Part shown: piece by piece, positions 36,155 through 47,837 of the stretch
How the letters are laid out: every line of letters starts with the position of its first letter
Position numbering within the stretch: the first letter of the stretch is position 1
Origin: Chara braunii
Lineage: Eukaryota > Plantae > Charophyceae
Reading direction: 5' to 3'
Length of the DNA stretch: 55,876 bases
Assembly (NCBI GenBank): GCA_003427395.1
Contig: BFEA01000044.1
Location: forward strand, 1,031,219-1,087,094
Program-made: the position numbers and the translations under genes
Notes under the pieces: generated by a model
Seen by the model: only the letters and a program-made list of their open reading frames with translations
Told to the model about the DNA's origin: nothing
The model's database searches: none

Positions 36155-39100
36155 CCATTGATTGGTCGAGCAATGCAGCGGCTAACAGGTAAGTCTCCAA
36201 CCCCGCGGTTGGCCTCATGCTACAACATCGAAATATACACCACTATAGGTGTGTGTGTGTGTATGTGTTTTATTTGAACAGGAAGCCACCACGCGTATAC
36301 CCGCGTGGCAAACAAAACAATACAATACGCCTTATTTTGACAATGCAGATCCTAACCGTATGGCAAATAAGGAAATACGAAACTAATTCCCTCGGGGGGG
36401 TTTTGCATAAAGTACAAAACCTTTTAGTCTGACATTTTCCCACCTATTGGAATATTTGTGAATTACGTGCAATCGAAGGTAAAACGCCCAATTGGGTGGC
36501 ATGATTAGGAGCAACAATAGGCATCGTAACAGAATCATTTAAAAGTATTGGATGTAGTAAGCACAAATAAGGGGGATTATCAACATACTTTAAATAAACA
36601 GCATATTATAGTATAATGAGAGGGTAACTCCTATGACTCCTATATCGATAAAGGCCGATTGACTGATATACCTACTGCCCCCTTCTTTTTTTGGGGACCA
36701 GCGTGCGAATCACTTTCGAGCTATCCATCCACTCCACCTTGAACGAACATGCATAAGGTACACCACCGATGATTGAAAACCAACCAATGCATCCTAGTGC
36801 GATAAGCAAAGCCGACATATCCATGAGCTAAACACAATTTTTTGTGCATTATGTTTTTTTTTTTTTTTTTAAAGGAACCGAGATATGGGGGTTATTTCAT
36901 GCATTTCTATGACTATACTCGATTAGACTAAATGTATCTCCACTTATTTGAAATTTTCAACCATTACACACGAAACATCAGCGATACTGTATGAAGATAT
37001 TTCAAAACCAAACTATTCAATCCAAAAGCATCTATACACCCAGAAAAAATATTTTTACACACGAGGAAGCGGATGGTTAAAACAACGTTTTGTGATCCAA
37101 AGCGTACGCAATCTTATTAGTTCCAATGGATGAGTTCCACAAACTTCGAGCCACCCATCATTACTTGAGCACGATCCACCGCTACCTCCCCTGAACAATG
37201 CGCATACTCGTCACCAGCGAGTCTCATTCTTCACATCCCCAACTCGTAACACACCCTGGCACCTCAACCGGTTTTAACATAACCCATTCGAGAAATATAT
37301 CCGCTCCCGACCAATATAACCAGATTTCCATGCACGCCAAAATCAAGTATGACAGCAACTATTTGCTCAACAAGTTGACATCAGCGTAAACTATCATAGA
37401 CTTCCTTTTCTCTGCGCTGTTCTAGTACACATTCTTTGGAACACTTCTCATCATATCAACCCTACATTCAATAGCGCAGGAATAAGAACCGGCGTCTCCC
37501 GATCACTCCCACCTCCCTCACTCCTCCGCCAACTTGAACACCTATTTTCATCCTTCCAAAAGCAACAACCCGAACATTCCTACCATTCCAAGCTAAGGTG
37601 TTCCACCATTTGGCGGATGATAGTAGACCAGGAGAAACGCCGACGACTTAGTTCTCCAGTACGCGAATAGAGCATCAATAGCTGCTGTTATACGAAGCAC
37701 TGAACAACCGAAAAAAACAGCCCAAATTTCATCCACTCTCCAACACACATTCTCCCCAGCCGTCCAGAACGCCGAGCATTCACGCACGAACACCATCGTC
37801 GCTACCGCTGAAAACATCCATGCACCTATTAGCAGTAAGAAGATAATCATCCAAACGAAGAGATACTCCATCTCTCTACTCTTCACGACAAAATTTAGGC
37901 TAAGTAGTTCTTGTAAAGTTGATGAGGCAACACCCACAGTCACTAAAGAGCACAACAAAGAATTCCATAGCCATGAAGGAAGCCAATAGTGCAAGAAATA
38001 TGACAAAGATAGCGACTATCGCGACAAATACGTAAGCAGTTTCCATTAGGAATGCCTCATTCCGAAATCAAGCGCTCGCCATCTTTAGCGAGATCGCCCC
38101 AAATCCTACGTACACAGCTCACAATCACACACAATCAAAGATGGAAAAAATATTGTTAGGCAGCAACATGATCCGAATAATTATGCAAAAACACATCATA
38201 ATTAAGTCCTAATTCAACTAAACACCCCTTAGTGTCGACAAAATGGTAGGGTAGTTAGTAGGAAGTCCCAAAAACTTTTTCGTCGATCCCTGCCATGATC
38301 GGCTCGTCAGGGGATATAATACCCTTAGTTATCGTGTCGAAAAGGACAGGGCTTTTATTTTTAAAGCCGTGAAACAATACGTGATGCGGAGGCAAAAAAA
38401 AGTTAGGGAAGAATACGAAGATTTTACCACTCTTGATGACTCTGCCGGATCACCCATAGCTGCGCCCGCTGACCGAGCATCCACTATTCACTTGTTTGTT
38501 TAATCGAAACGCCAGAAGTTTATGAAGGAAGAATACGACACGCTTCGCGTACTTAGATCAGACAAAAGTACGTAACGAGGAGGAAGATATGAATGCGAAA
38601 AAAGAAGAAGACGCAACTGGTTGGACAACCATTCTCTGGAAAGTGACGACGATGCAGAACTTCCAAAGCCACTGGTACCAATATAGCGCCAGTACGCGGG
38701 CCTTTGGATTCAATGAGTCATTATGAACCAAGGCACCGCGCCCGTATGTGCAAAAGTGAGAGGATGAGTTGGTCTTCGAGCAACTCTTAAATATTGGTAT
38801 TCGAACTGGACTACCCTATTCATCAAGGCAATTCCTGCCCAGACCATTTTGAACAACAAATACAGGTCGAAGGGGGAGGTTAGGGAGGGCGCGATGCGGG
38901 GGTAAAAAACCACCCCTAGATAGGACCTGCCTATCGGTAAGTACCCGAATCACAATTCGATTCGTCGGGGAGGACGACCTACTTTCTGAGGACTACTACA
39001 TTTATTGATGGTTTAGAAAACAGTAGGAAACCATTAGCAGGTACCTGAAAAAAATATTTTTCGAAAAGGAAATTGTTTGGCAAGTATATGCGTTTATATA

Positions 39101-39189
39101 CATGCATACACACCCCTTTTAAGTATAAAAGCTAGAAAAAATATTCTTTTTTGGAAAGGACTTATTAAAAATACTTTAAATAAATGTAT

Positions 39190-39232
<43 letters not shown>

Positions 39233-39951
39233 NNNNNNNNNNNNNNNNNNNNNNNNNNNNNNNNNNNNNNNNNNNNNNNNNNNNNNNNNNNNNNNNNNNN
39301 NNNNNNNNNNNNNNNNNNNNNNNNNNNNNNNNNNNNNNNNNNNNNNNNNNNNNNNNNNNNNNNNNNNNNNNNNNNNNNNNNNNNNNNNNNNNNNNNNNNN
39401 NNNNNNNNNNNNNNNNNNNNNNNNNNNNNNNNNNNNNNNNNNNNNNNNNNNNNNNNNNNNNNNNNNNNNNNNNNNNNNNNNNNNNNNNNNNNNNNNNNNN
39501 NNNNNNNNNNNNNNNNNNNNNNNNNNNNNNNNNNNNNNNNNNNNNNNNNNNNNNNNNNNNNNNNNNNNNNNNNNNNNNNNNNNNNNNNNNNNNNNNNNNN
39601 NNNNNNNNNNNNNNNNNNNNNNNNNNNNNNNNNNNNNNNNNNNNNNNNNNNNNNNNNNNNNNNNNNNNNNNNNNNNNNNNNNNNNNNNNNNNNNNNNNNN
39701 NNNNNNNNNNNNNNNNNNNNNNNNNNNNNNNNNNNNNNNNNNNNNNNNNNNNNNNNNNNNNNNNNNNNNNNTTTTTTTTTTTTTTTTTTTTTTTTGTGCG
39801 TAAACTTAGCAACTGCTGGGGCATTTTGCAACGTTGGGCAGTGGCCGGTAGGGGTACATTGCAAAGATGGGATCCAACTGATGGCTGGGTTGTTTCACAA
39901 AATGTTTTGTCATCGTCCTTCCCCGCAGCATAGATGTGGCAAGTCCACTTG
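35144..39951 (+). mobile_element. Helitron (~4.8 kb including gaps; probably non-autonomous) inserted at an A|T site
   Basis: 5' A|TCCGTATACTACTAAAG; 3' imperfect hairpin ccgcagc-ata-gatgtgg followed by ...CACTTG|T (CTAG variant); no TSD. The flanks rejoin as ttgtgctcgta|ttcagttaaagac, matching ttgtgccagta|tttggttaaagac at ~33068-33091. Confidence 0.8.
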
Positions 39952-40285
39952 TTCAGTTAAAGACTGAATAGGGTGAGCTTAGACTTTGTGTATTAGCAAC
40001 AGACTATCACCCTAAGACAAGTTGCTATTGCCTGAAGGCATGAAAATTCTACAACTTGTCTAAACAAACTGGCCTCCAAAATCTCTTTGTGGCCTACGTG
40101 CCACAAAGTGATTTATCCAGCCCTCGTTGCGATCTCATCATCCAGAAAGTGGTTGATGAGTATGCCGACTTAGCTCAAGAGCCTTTTGGACTTGTCCATA
40201 GGCAGACTAAACACCGCATTGAGACCCTCCCTGACCCTACCCCTCCAAAGGGCAAAGTATATAGGATGTCTCCTGCTGAGCTAGA

Positions 40286-41269
40286 GTGCCTCTTGTCAAA
40301 GAGGTATTCGCTGAGAGGTGGGCTAGTGTACATGGGCACCCAACCTCTATTGTGAGTGAGAGAGACCCACGTTTTTGCAGCGATGAGTGGCGGTCCTTCT
40401 ATCAAGATTATCTTCACTCTAGGTTGGACATGACATCTGGTAGATACCCTGAAGCCAATGGATAGGCTGAAGTGATGAACCAGATCTTGTTTCAGCTACT
40501 ACGCCCTGTGATCACACCAGATCAACAGGACCGGGACAAACATCTGTCCAGGGCTCAACTTATGCACAATGCTTCTGTTCATAGTACAACTAGTTTCACC
40601 CCCTACAGATTGCATTGGGGTAGGGACCCTAGACAACCTCTCGATAGTATTATCGATAAGGCTAAGCCCAAATTGACCCTTTGCACTGCCGAGTTTGCCC
40701 GGAGCTATGAGAAGGATTTAGAGAAGGCCAGATTTAACATGTTGAAATCACAAAAGAGAATGATTGAACAAGCTAACAAACACAGACAGCCTTCTCCTAT
40801 CCGTCTTGGGCACAGGGTTTGGGTAAAGCTTTCAAAACTAACAGATGAACAGGACATCTCACGGAAGTTGTTGCCTGTCTATTACGGTCCATGGCAGGTT
40901 CTAGATAGTGTACGGGCAAATCCGTTTGGACCCTCTTATGTCCTCACTGTACCCCCACACATCCGGACCCATCCTATCTTCCATGCTTCAAAACTGTTGC
41001 CGTTCAGCCCTGGTGACACATTTCTTGATTGGCCACAACAGTTCGGGCCTCTTATCCTCGGAAAGGGATATGAAGTCGAAAGCATTGAAGATCAGTGGGG
41101 CACCGGCCCCAGCTGGGAGTATCTTATCAAGTTCCTTTTCCAACCTCCTGCTGAGGACCGTTGGTTTACAAGAAAGGAACTTCTCAAGTCTGCAAATTCA
41201 TTCGTGCAGTTCTACAAGGCTGAGCAAAGTGGGAAATTGCCCAGGCGGTCTCCTTGTGGACACTCCTAG
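40286..41269 (+). pseudogene. Integrase core/C-terminus and chromodomain of gypsy 2
   Basis: HGHPTSIVSERDPRF, YYGPW, HPIFHASKL, YEVESI...YLIKF...EDRWF. Confidence 0.9.
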
Positions 41270-41301
41270 CTCGGGGTCCTCGCTCCCTGGAAGGGTAGGA
41301 A

Positions 41302-42227
41302 TGCAATGAATTGTAGTGCTACAAGCGGGCTGTATACTAATTTTGTCCATTCTGTCATTGTCAGGACTTGATCCCACAACCTTTGTTTGCTGTTTGCTTG
41401 TTTTGAGCCTTGCGGGACTGGACCGCATGAGCTTGTGTGTGTTTTGTTTGTGAGTGTTTCGTCCTCTGGGACTTGATACCTGAGCGTGCCACTAGTGATC
41501 TCTGTTTGGTAGTCTTAGGCCATTCAGCCTTTTACTTTTGCCCGTCATAGGTCTGGGTCCCTTTTTCCTGTTTCCTGCGTAGGTACAGGGAAGTCGTAGG
41601 TTGCTGTCCTAGGTCTAGTCCGGGAGTAGAAGTAGTGGGCAGGAAATTAGTTTCGGGTCTTTTGCATGTTGTTTTGACTGGGGAAACTCTGCCCGTCCGT
41701 TGCCGGAGGGCTGCTGCACTATTTTGGGTGAGGTTATCTTCTTCCCCAAAGCCCAGCCATAGCTGGGGTTGGGAAATGAAATTGAAGACTGCACTGTTGC
41801 TATTTTGCAGCTCTTCATGAGAGCTTCCACAGGACTGTGTTGTTTGGTTTGGGTGCTGCCATTTCCACTTGGCAGCCATATCTATTGTTCCTCCTCACGA
41901 GGAACTTCATCTTCTTCAAAGTGCTGGATTGATTGTCTCCTTCTTCATCAGGACTTCCAGCGCTGCACTTCCGTGCAGGCGCTGCTATCATTGGGGTTGT
42001 TGGTTCAGATTGGCACGTTGTGACAGCTGTGGGGTTATTGCTGCTACGGCAGCCATAGCCAGGGGTATGAGGTGGCTAGGAGGAAGAAGTAGACTCCTGC
42101 ATACTTCACTGAACATTTGTTTTTCGTTGTTCGGGGTTGTTGACAATGCGGTTGTGATTCTCGGAAAAAGTACTCCGGATTGATTGGAGGAGGATCGGAG
42201 AATTGAAATTCGTTTTTCCATTCTCTC
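41302..42227 (+). repeat. 3' LTR of gypsy 2 (3'-truncated)
   Basis: Matches 28701 onward; homology stops at ...cgtttttccattctc where a LINE tail begins. Confidence 0.9.
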
Positions 42228-42379
42228 AGATGGAAGGAAGCGTGGGTGGTTCTTATTGTAATGTCTATTCTGACTTGCCGGTGGAATAGGAACTGGACTG
42301 ATGCTCCCCAGAATGGAAAGGAGCCAGGACCATAAGGTCCTGTTTTTGTTATAAAAAAAAAGAAAAAAAAAAAGAAAAA
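42228..42379 (+). mobile_element. Short 5'-truncated LINE 3' end with poly(A)
   Basis: tattctgacttgccggtggaataggaactggactgatgctc...cataagg + A-tail is shared with 45034-45137. Confidence 0.8.
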
Positions 42380-42393
42380 TGATTCTAAGACAG

Positions 42394-45137
42394 TGGCCCC
42401 GATGCAGACATGACATGGGAGACATCAGAGACCCCTACGCGATATCTAGGCATCTTGCTGACAAAAGACGGCTTTGCCCCTCAAATGGCCCAAAATGTAC
42501 TCATCAACTAGGCTACCAGCCGGGCTGCCCGGGTCTTGGGTGGCCAGCCTGTGCAAGAACCAGGGAAGGTCTCAGCAAAAAAAACATAAAAATAATAAAC
42601 TCCAAAAAATCTGCAAACAAAATATGTTATGCAGAAAAATAAACTGAACAACTTTTGCCTCAGGGTCGCATCGAAATTCTTCACCAAATTGAGAATAAAA
42701 ATTAAAATTTGAAAATAATGTTTTTTTTTTTTTTTTTTTTTTTTTTTTTCGGCCCGGCCGGGCAAGTGACCCCGGGCCACTCTGGTAGCCTAACTCGTCA
42801 AACAAATTAACAAACTGGGCAGGTGGGGTAGCGCATTCACATCATTGTTGGGCCGAGCACTGGCCATCAACACATCAATCTTTTCAATAATGTGGTATAT
42901 AGCGTCAATCTGGACAGTTCCGGACCATTCAATCAAGGTACTTAATCGTAGAGCAAGAGCTTACTTGTGGTCGGGCGACCCCAACAAAGAGAACTGCATA
43001 CCAAAGATAGCCTGGCATATTACATCACAAAGAAACCAGCCAGAGGAGGTCTTGGTATCATAGACCCCAAACAGGAAACCAAAGTCTTATAAGTTAAATG
43101 GATAGTCAAACTATTGACCAAACCTGGAACGGCATGGAATAAACTGGCCTTGGATAGCATCAGGGGCGTAGCACCTACAACCACACCAGAAAATATGTTC
43201 GGTCTGTTCTGGGTAATGACCAAGGAATGGAGCCCAAGTACAGGGCGCAGAAATCAACGAAGAGGAACCGGGCCAAACGAAGCCAGGCCCCACACACCAT
43301 ATCGGACCGCTTTGCTACGGATACGGCGGGAAGTCATCCCGAAGAAGGTGGGTAGACCCAAATCCAAAGATGAGGTACTGAGGCAACCCCTGTTTGGTAA
43401 TCCGTGGTTGAGAGATGAAAGTGATCACCAACTATCCCTTAAGCCTAGAGGAAGGAGATGACTATTGTGGATCAAACATGGAGTCCGGAAAGTGAGCCAT
43501 CCGTGGAACGAGGAGAAAAAGGACTGGGTGACAGAATAGGAACTTGCCGCCTCCCAGCTCAAAGGATGTCACCGTCGGGATGAGAATCTACAATCCATTA
43601 TCAAACAATCCATTATCAACTGCATCCCAGAAGGCTGGAAGGAGTTGTTGAGCGTAGCCTCAACCTGGGAATCGGGCGAATGGGGAGTGAGGGTGCAGGA
43701 GTTAAACCCCTCAAGGGCCTATCAATTTCCCCGTAAGCAGCAAGGGTCGAATACCCTGGTGGTGTTTACCTCTTTCCCAATTACCCTCTCCACGCAAGGC
43801 CTCCCATCTATCCTGAATACGGAGGTAGAAAGAACAGTCCTAAACCCTTTTGTACTAAAAAAAGTAAGAGTGTCGGGATCATGGCCAAAAACAATATTCA
43901 GAATAGATACGGCGATTCAAGACTTGGAATTTGATCCAGCAGAGTGGGCTTGGACACCAGACAGAAGCAGGAATCTCAAAGCGAATGTCCCCATCCAGGA
44001 ATACACAGTCAAACTGGGATACAACCTACTCCTCAAAACAAAGGATCCTGACCCAACAATGAAGACAAAGGATCCTGACCCAACAATGAAGAACAGATGG
44101 CAGAAGTTATATGGTCAGGACGCTAGTCAGATCCCACAAATACCATGGAAAATTTTCAAGTCAATCCGACCGGTCAAAATCAGAAGCCTCCAATGGCTCA
44201 TCTCATATGTGGCTCTACCGGTTAACCAGTGGCTGCATATCAGAAGATGTAAGAATCACCCTAACAGCTCAGATTTATGTGCGGTATGTTCAGAAAACGA
44301 ACCAGAAGATATGATACATTGCCGGATACACTGTAGAGAGGCGATGGAATATTGGGCGAGGTCCTCGGATCTCTGGGACTCCCTCTTCTCAACTCCCCTC
44401 CTGAACACCCCATCCAACTCCTTCTATGGACTAACATCCCAGCTCAATTCCACAAGACAGAGAAAACGTGGTTCGGAATGATGAGAAAGGTAACACTGTG
44501 GTGAGTGTGGTCCATCTGGAAGGAAAGGTGCTGCAGAACCATTGAGGGACTCTCAACTCCAAGGGAGAAGGTACGGGCGGAGACAAGGACCTTGATTGCA
44601 GGCAGAGATTCTGGGTAAGTGGCATAAGACGAGACACTCCATGCCAAATGACGAAGAGCAACAGACAAGAATCAAGGCAAAATTCATTAAGGTGTGGCTC
44701 GCAGGGGGCCAAGTACCTGAGATAAATGACTTTGGCATACGGTGGAAAAACTGGCACAACTCAGAAGCCGGGTGGAGAAGGCAGATATCCCAGCCAGCAG
44801 GTGGACAAGATCCGCCACAGCCCATGTAATATTGAAGGGCAATTACGAGACTGCATCCTCTGTAGCTTCTATTACGTTTCTTGCTCTTTATCTTTCATCT
44901 GACAGGTTCATGCAGTGGACCTGAGAGGAAAGGTGGAAGTAAGAGAAGCTGACAGTCAATCCTCCACAATGCTGGTCAGGGTTCCTTCGGCCAGACGGAA
45001 AGAAGCCTGAGTGTGTTTCATGATGTAATATTTTATTCTGACTTGCCGGTGGAATAGGAACTGGACTGATGCTCTCCAGAATGGAAATGGAGGCAGGGCC
45101 ATAAGGACCGGTTTTAATAAAAAATAAAATAAAAAAA
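42394..45137 (+). mobile_element. 5'-truncated L1-clade LINE (post-RT ORF2, CxxC...HxxxxC, 3'UTR, poly(A)), interrupted near its 5' end by a MITE-like insert
   Basis: SLLGRALAINTSI, RAYLWSG, KIAW, LRQPLFGN, CAVC...EDMIHCRIHC; stop 44829; A-rich tail ~45116-45137; candidate TSD tctaagac(a/g)g at 42384 and 45138; 27-bp in-frame duplication TKDPDPTMK. Confidence 0.85.
42435..42790. mobile_element. MITE-like insert related to 45603-46097
   Basis: Begins ctacgcgatatc (compare terminus CTACGGAGATATC); contains cccggg/ccggcc motifs and A/T tracts. TSD not found. Confidence 0.35.
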
Positions 45138-45602
45138 TCTAAGACGGCTGTTTATCCCAGTTTCCCGTTAACCCTGCCCTGCTGGCAGCGCGTTGGCACC
45201 CACGCGCGAAGAAAGTGCAGGCCGATCTCTTCATTTATGTGTGCTTGCTAGGGAGGGAATCAGGTATATTTAGTGCATCCACATCCAGTGTTCAGATGAA
45301 TTCTTTGGCACACGTTTGGAAACTCACAAAATGGAAGACAGAGTTCATGTGGAAATAGTACATCATGTAAAGTTTTACTCCCCTGGGGGAGTTAATTGCT
45401 TCAAACAACCACATAAAGAGTGAGTTGGGTACAACCGTATTTAAAAATAATAATAATAATGCTGAGATATAGGTCCAAATCCAAAAAGTACTGAGATGAT
45501 CGCATGATCATTCCGCCATCGCCTTTCTGCCTTGTCCACTCAGGCAAAGGGAATCCAGATACGCGTGTGTGCAGGGAAACCTGGTTTTCGTTTGCTGCCA
45601 TC

Positions 45603-46097
45603 CTAGGAAGATTTTCATGACCGGCCAGTCTGGACCGGCCGGTCACCCGGGCAAGACGCCCAGGATACCCGCTCATGGCACACACACAAAAAAAATTGGT
45701 GGTGGGGTTTTTCCGCGCTCTCCAAGAGGAGCCCAAATCCGGGCTCTTTTCTTTTTTTGAGTGTTGGCTGTCAAGGGGGGTGAAGGAGAGTATAAATGAA
45801 TTTTAAAGGGACTAAACTTCCGCAAAAGGGGTTTAAAGGGGGGTGGCTTAGTATGATTTGGTTATTTTCTTTTTTATCTTTAGTTCCGCGAGGAATTCTG
45901 ATGTGACCCTCAGCCAAAAGTTGTTTGTATTGCAATTCTAAACAACATACTGTTTTTTGAACTTTTTTCAGTGTTTTTTTTTTTTTTTTTTGCACTGGGG
46001 CTGCCCGGGGCCATGCCCGGGGGTCATGCCCGGCCGGTCACCCGGTCGCCAAACCAGGCGTGACGTCGGGACCCGGGCACCTGGGATATCTCCGTAG
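45603..46097. mobile_element. hAT-like MITE (495 bp)
   Basis: 8-bp TSD ctgccatc (45595-45602, 46098-46105); imperfect TIR ctaggaagattttc / ggatatctccgtag; GC-rich ccgg subterminal motifs. Confidence 0.65.
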
Positions 46098-46761
46098 CTG
46101 CCATCCCTTTTCTCCTTTTTCTTCTTGGGTACATGACGGACAATCTGGGTGGCGGTAGAGGTAATGGAGCTGTGCAGCAGTGTTGCAAGGGGCTGGCTTT
46201 TTCATGTAGTAAACTTGTCACAGATGGGGTTGCCAAGGGGGACCGGCAGTTGAAAGGAATCCCTAAGCGAAGTAGAATGCGTCTTGACAATGTAAGCTAG
46301 AAGAGGTCAGGTAGATGATGCAGATCAGAGAGGAGGGGGGGATCCGGAGAGCAGCACGTGATGCAGGTAGCTGGGACTCGCTCTCCCTGAAAGCAAACCA
46401 CCTTCAAGTTGTTATTGGAGGAAAGGAAAGACAACATGATGGCATCTTGTGAAAGCATGCACAAGTAGTTAGGTGGAAAGTGGGGAGACAAGGGAGGAGA
46501 GCTGGTAGGGAATGTGTGGCACAGCAATAAACCTTAAACCACCAGTCCCTTTCCCCTAGATCGTCCGCGGGCCAGTACCCACGAGTTCCGCAGGAGGGAA
46601 ACGAAAAGTTGGCCACCGATGAAATTTATCAACTGCGGCCTACTTTCGGCCCGCTCCCCGAAGAATGAAGTATAGGTTATATTCCCACTTTTCCCAACAC
46701 TGTGAAAGGTTGCGTTTTAAGATGGATGTGATTGCTTTCCTTGTGAGCAACCAACCATTCT

Positions 46762-46901
46762 TCTTCTTCTTCTTCCTCCTTTTTTTTTTCTTTTTTCTTT
46801 TTTAATTTGGACCATTTCTTGATTTATGCGTGTCATCCTTGCGCAGGGGCCGTGCTAATCTTCTCTCTATTGTTCCAATTTTAACGGATGTCCCGAAGGA
46901 C
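46762..46901 (-). pseudogene. U6: Full-length U6 snRNA retrocopy with A-rich tail and 16-bp TSD
   Basis: U6 body 46804-46901 on the minus strand, ACAGAGA box mutated to AGAGAGA; ends ...GGTCCAAATT + A-tail; perfect TSD agcaaccaaccattct at 46746-46761 and 46902-46917. Confidence 0.96.
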
Positions 46902-47051
46902 AGCAACCAACCATTCTGGTTTGGAGAAAAGGAAAGAAAGCAGCATGCTGTGTTTTTCTCACGGCCTTCAGTTTTCGGTATCCTTGTGCAGAAATATCTC
47001 CGGAAACATACCGTGGTTCACTTGAGACATTTTTTGGAGAAGGGGAGGGGA

Positions 47052-47837
47052 ATGGCCACATCAACAGTGCCTGGTGAAGCAGCTCTCAACCCAGAAGGGC
47101 ATAGCCTTCCTGTCAGGAGCACAACTGCCGAGGATGTTTCTGTAAGTGGGGAGTTATGTGACATCCTTCAGCAATCGAGGTCGTTCTGTCTTCGCGCAAA
47201 AGCTTTCTTTGTTGCATGGCAAGGTGTCTTGACGATTGCCTATAGTGGGATGCCTCCTGCCATGCTGGAGCTGAGAGAGGCATTTGAGCAAAGATTCCCA
47301 TACTTGAAGGAAAACCCGGGTTCCAGATGGCCTAAGACAACTCTGGGTGCTGTTCAGGACAACAAACGCATCACCCCTGAGCAGTTGAGGACACTGCACC
47401 GAATTTGCGCTGAAGAAAGCCAAAACCTGGCTGCCATTGCAGACAACAGTAGAGATGGCACTTTTTGCATAGATAACATCTCGATTGTGATATACGAGAA
47501 CATGTCACTGGAGAAAACAATCTCTGTCACCACCGTACCGCTCCAGCGCCCAGCTGATCTCTCGCTCCCCAGTGATGAAGAATGTCAAAAGGTGGATGCA
47601 GTTCTTGCTCCGTTCTCCGAGCACTGTTTGGACGACTACTGGTTTCAGGCGTCGAAAGACGGAAATCGTATTTCACACTACAAGCGCATCCAACCGGGGG
47701 CAACTGTTGTTCATTATCTGAGCAAGGTGCCGTCGTTCGTGGGGCGCTTCAAGGATAGAGTAGATGAGGAGTTACCAGCCCTCTACAGTTGGCTCTCGGA
47801 GGACCATCTGCATGTAACTATGCGTGCAATTCTGTGA
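47052..47837 (+). CDS. Intact 261-aa protein; putative circularly permuted 2H-phosphoesterase (LigT/DUF1868-like fold)
   Basis: Uninterrupted non-TE ORF with C-terminal YSWLSEDHLHVTMRAIL (2H motif-1-like) and internal NPGSRWPKTTLG (motif-2-like, H>K). Candidate splice acceptor ttgtgcag| ends at 46991, so the N-terminus could extend. Confidence 0.75.
   Translation: MATSTVPGEAALNPEGHSLPVRSTTAEDVSVSGELCDILQQSRSFCLRAKAFFVAWQGVLTIAYSGMPPAMLELREAFEQRFPYLKENPGSRWPKTTLGAVQDNKRITPEQLRTLHRICAEESQNLAAIADNSRDGTFCIDNISIVIYENMSLEKTISVTTVPLQRPADLSLPSDEECQKVDAVLAPFSEHCLDDYWFQASKDGNRISHYKRIQPGATVVHYLSKVPSFVGRFKDRVDEELPALYSWLSEDHLHVTMRAIL

Larger units (their letters stand above)
28701..42227 (+). mobile_element. 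Ty3/gypsy chromovirus 2, decayed, rearranged, carrying a nested Helitron; 3' LTR truncated
   Basis: 5' LTR 28701-29786, PBS 29789, gag-pol, PPT ggaagggtaggaa 41289-41301, 3' LTR from 41302. Confidence 0.92.

Noticed and set aside
46830-47051. N-terminal extension [12 protein letters not shown]... of the 335-aa ORF (and similar ORF 25133-25393)
   Set aside because: Its first ~24 codons are the antisense translation of the U6 retrocopy from a GTG codon; the first ATG is at 47052.
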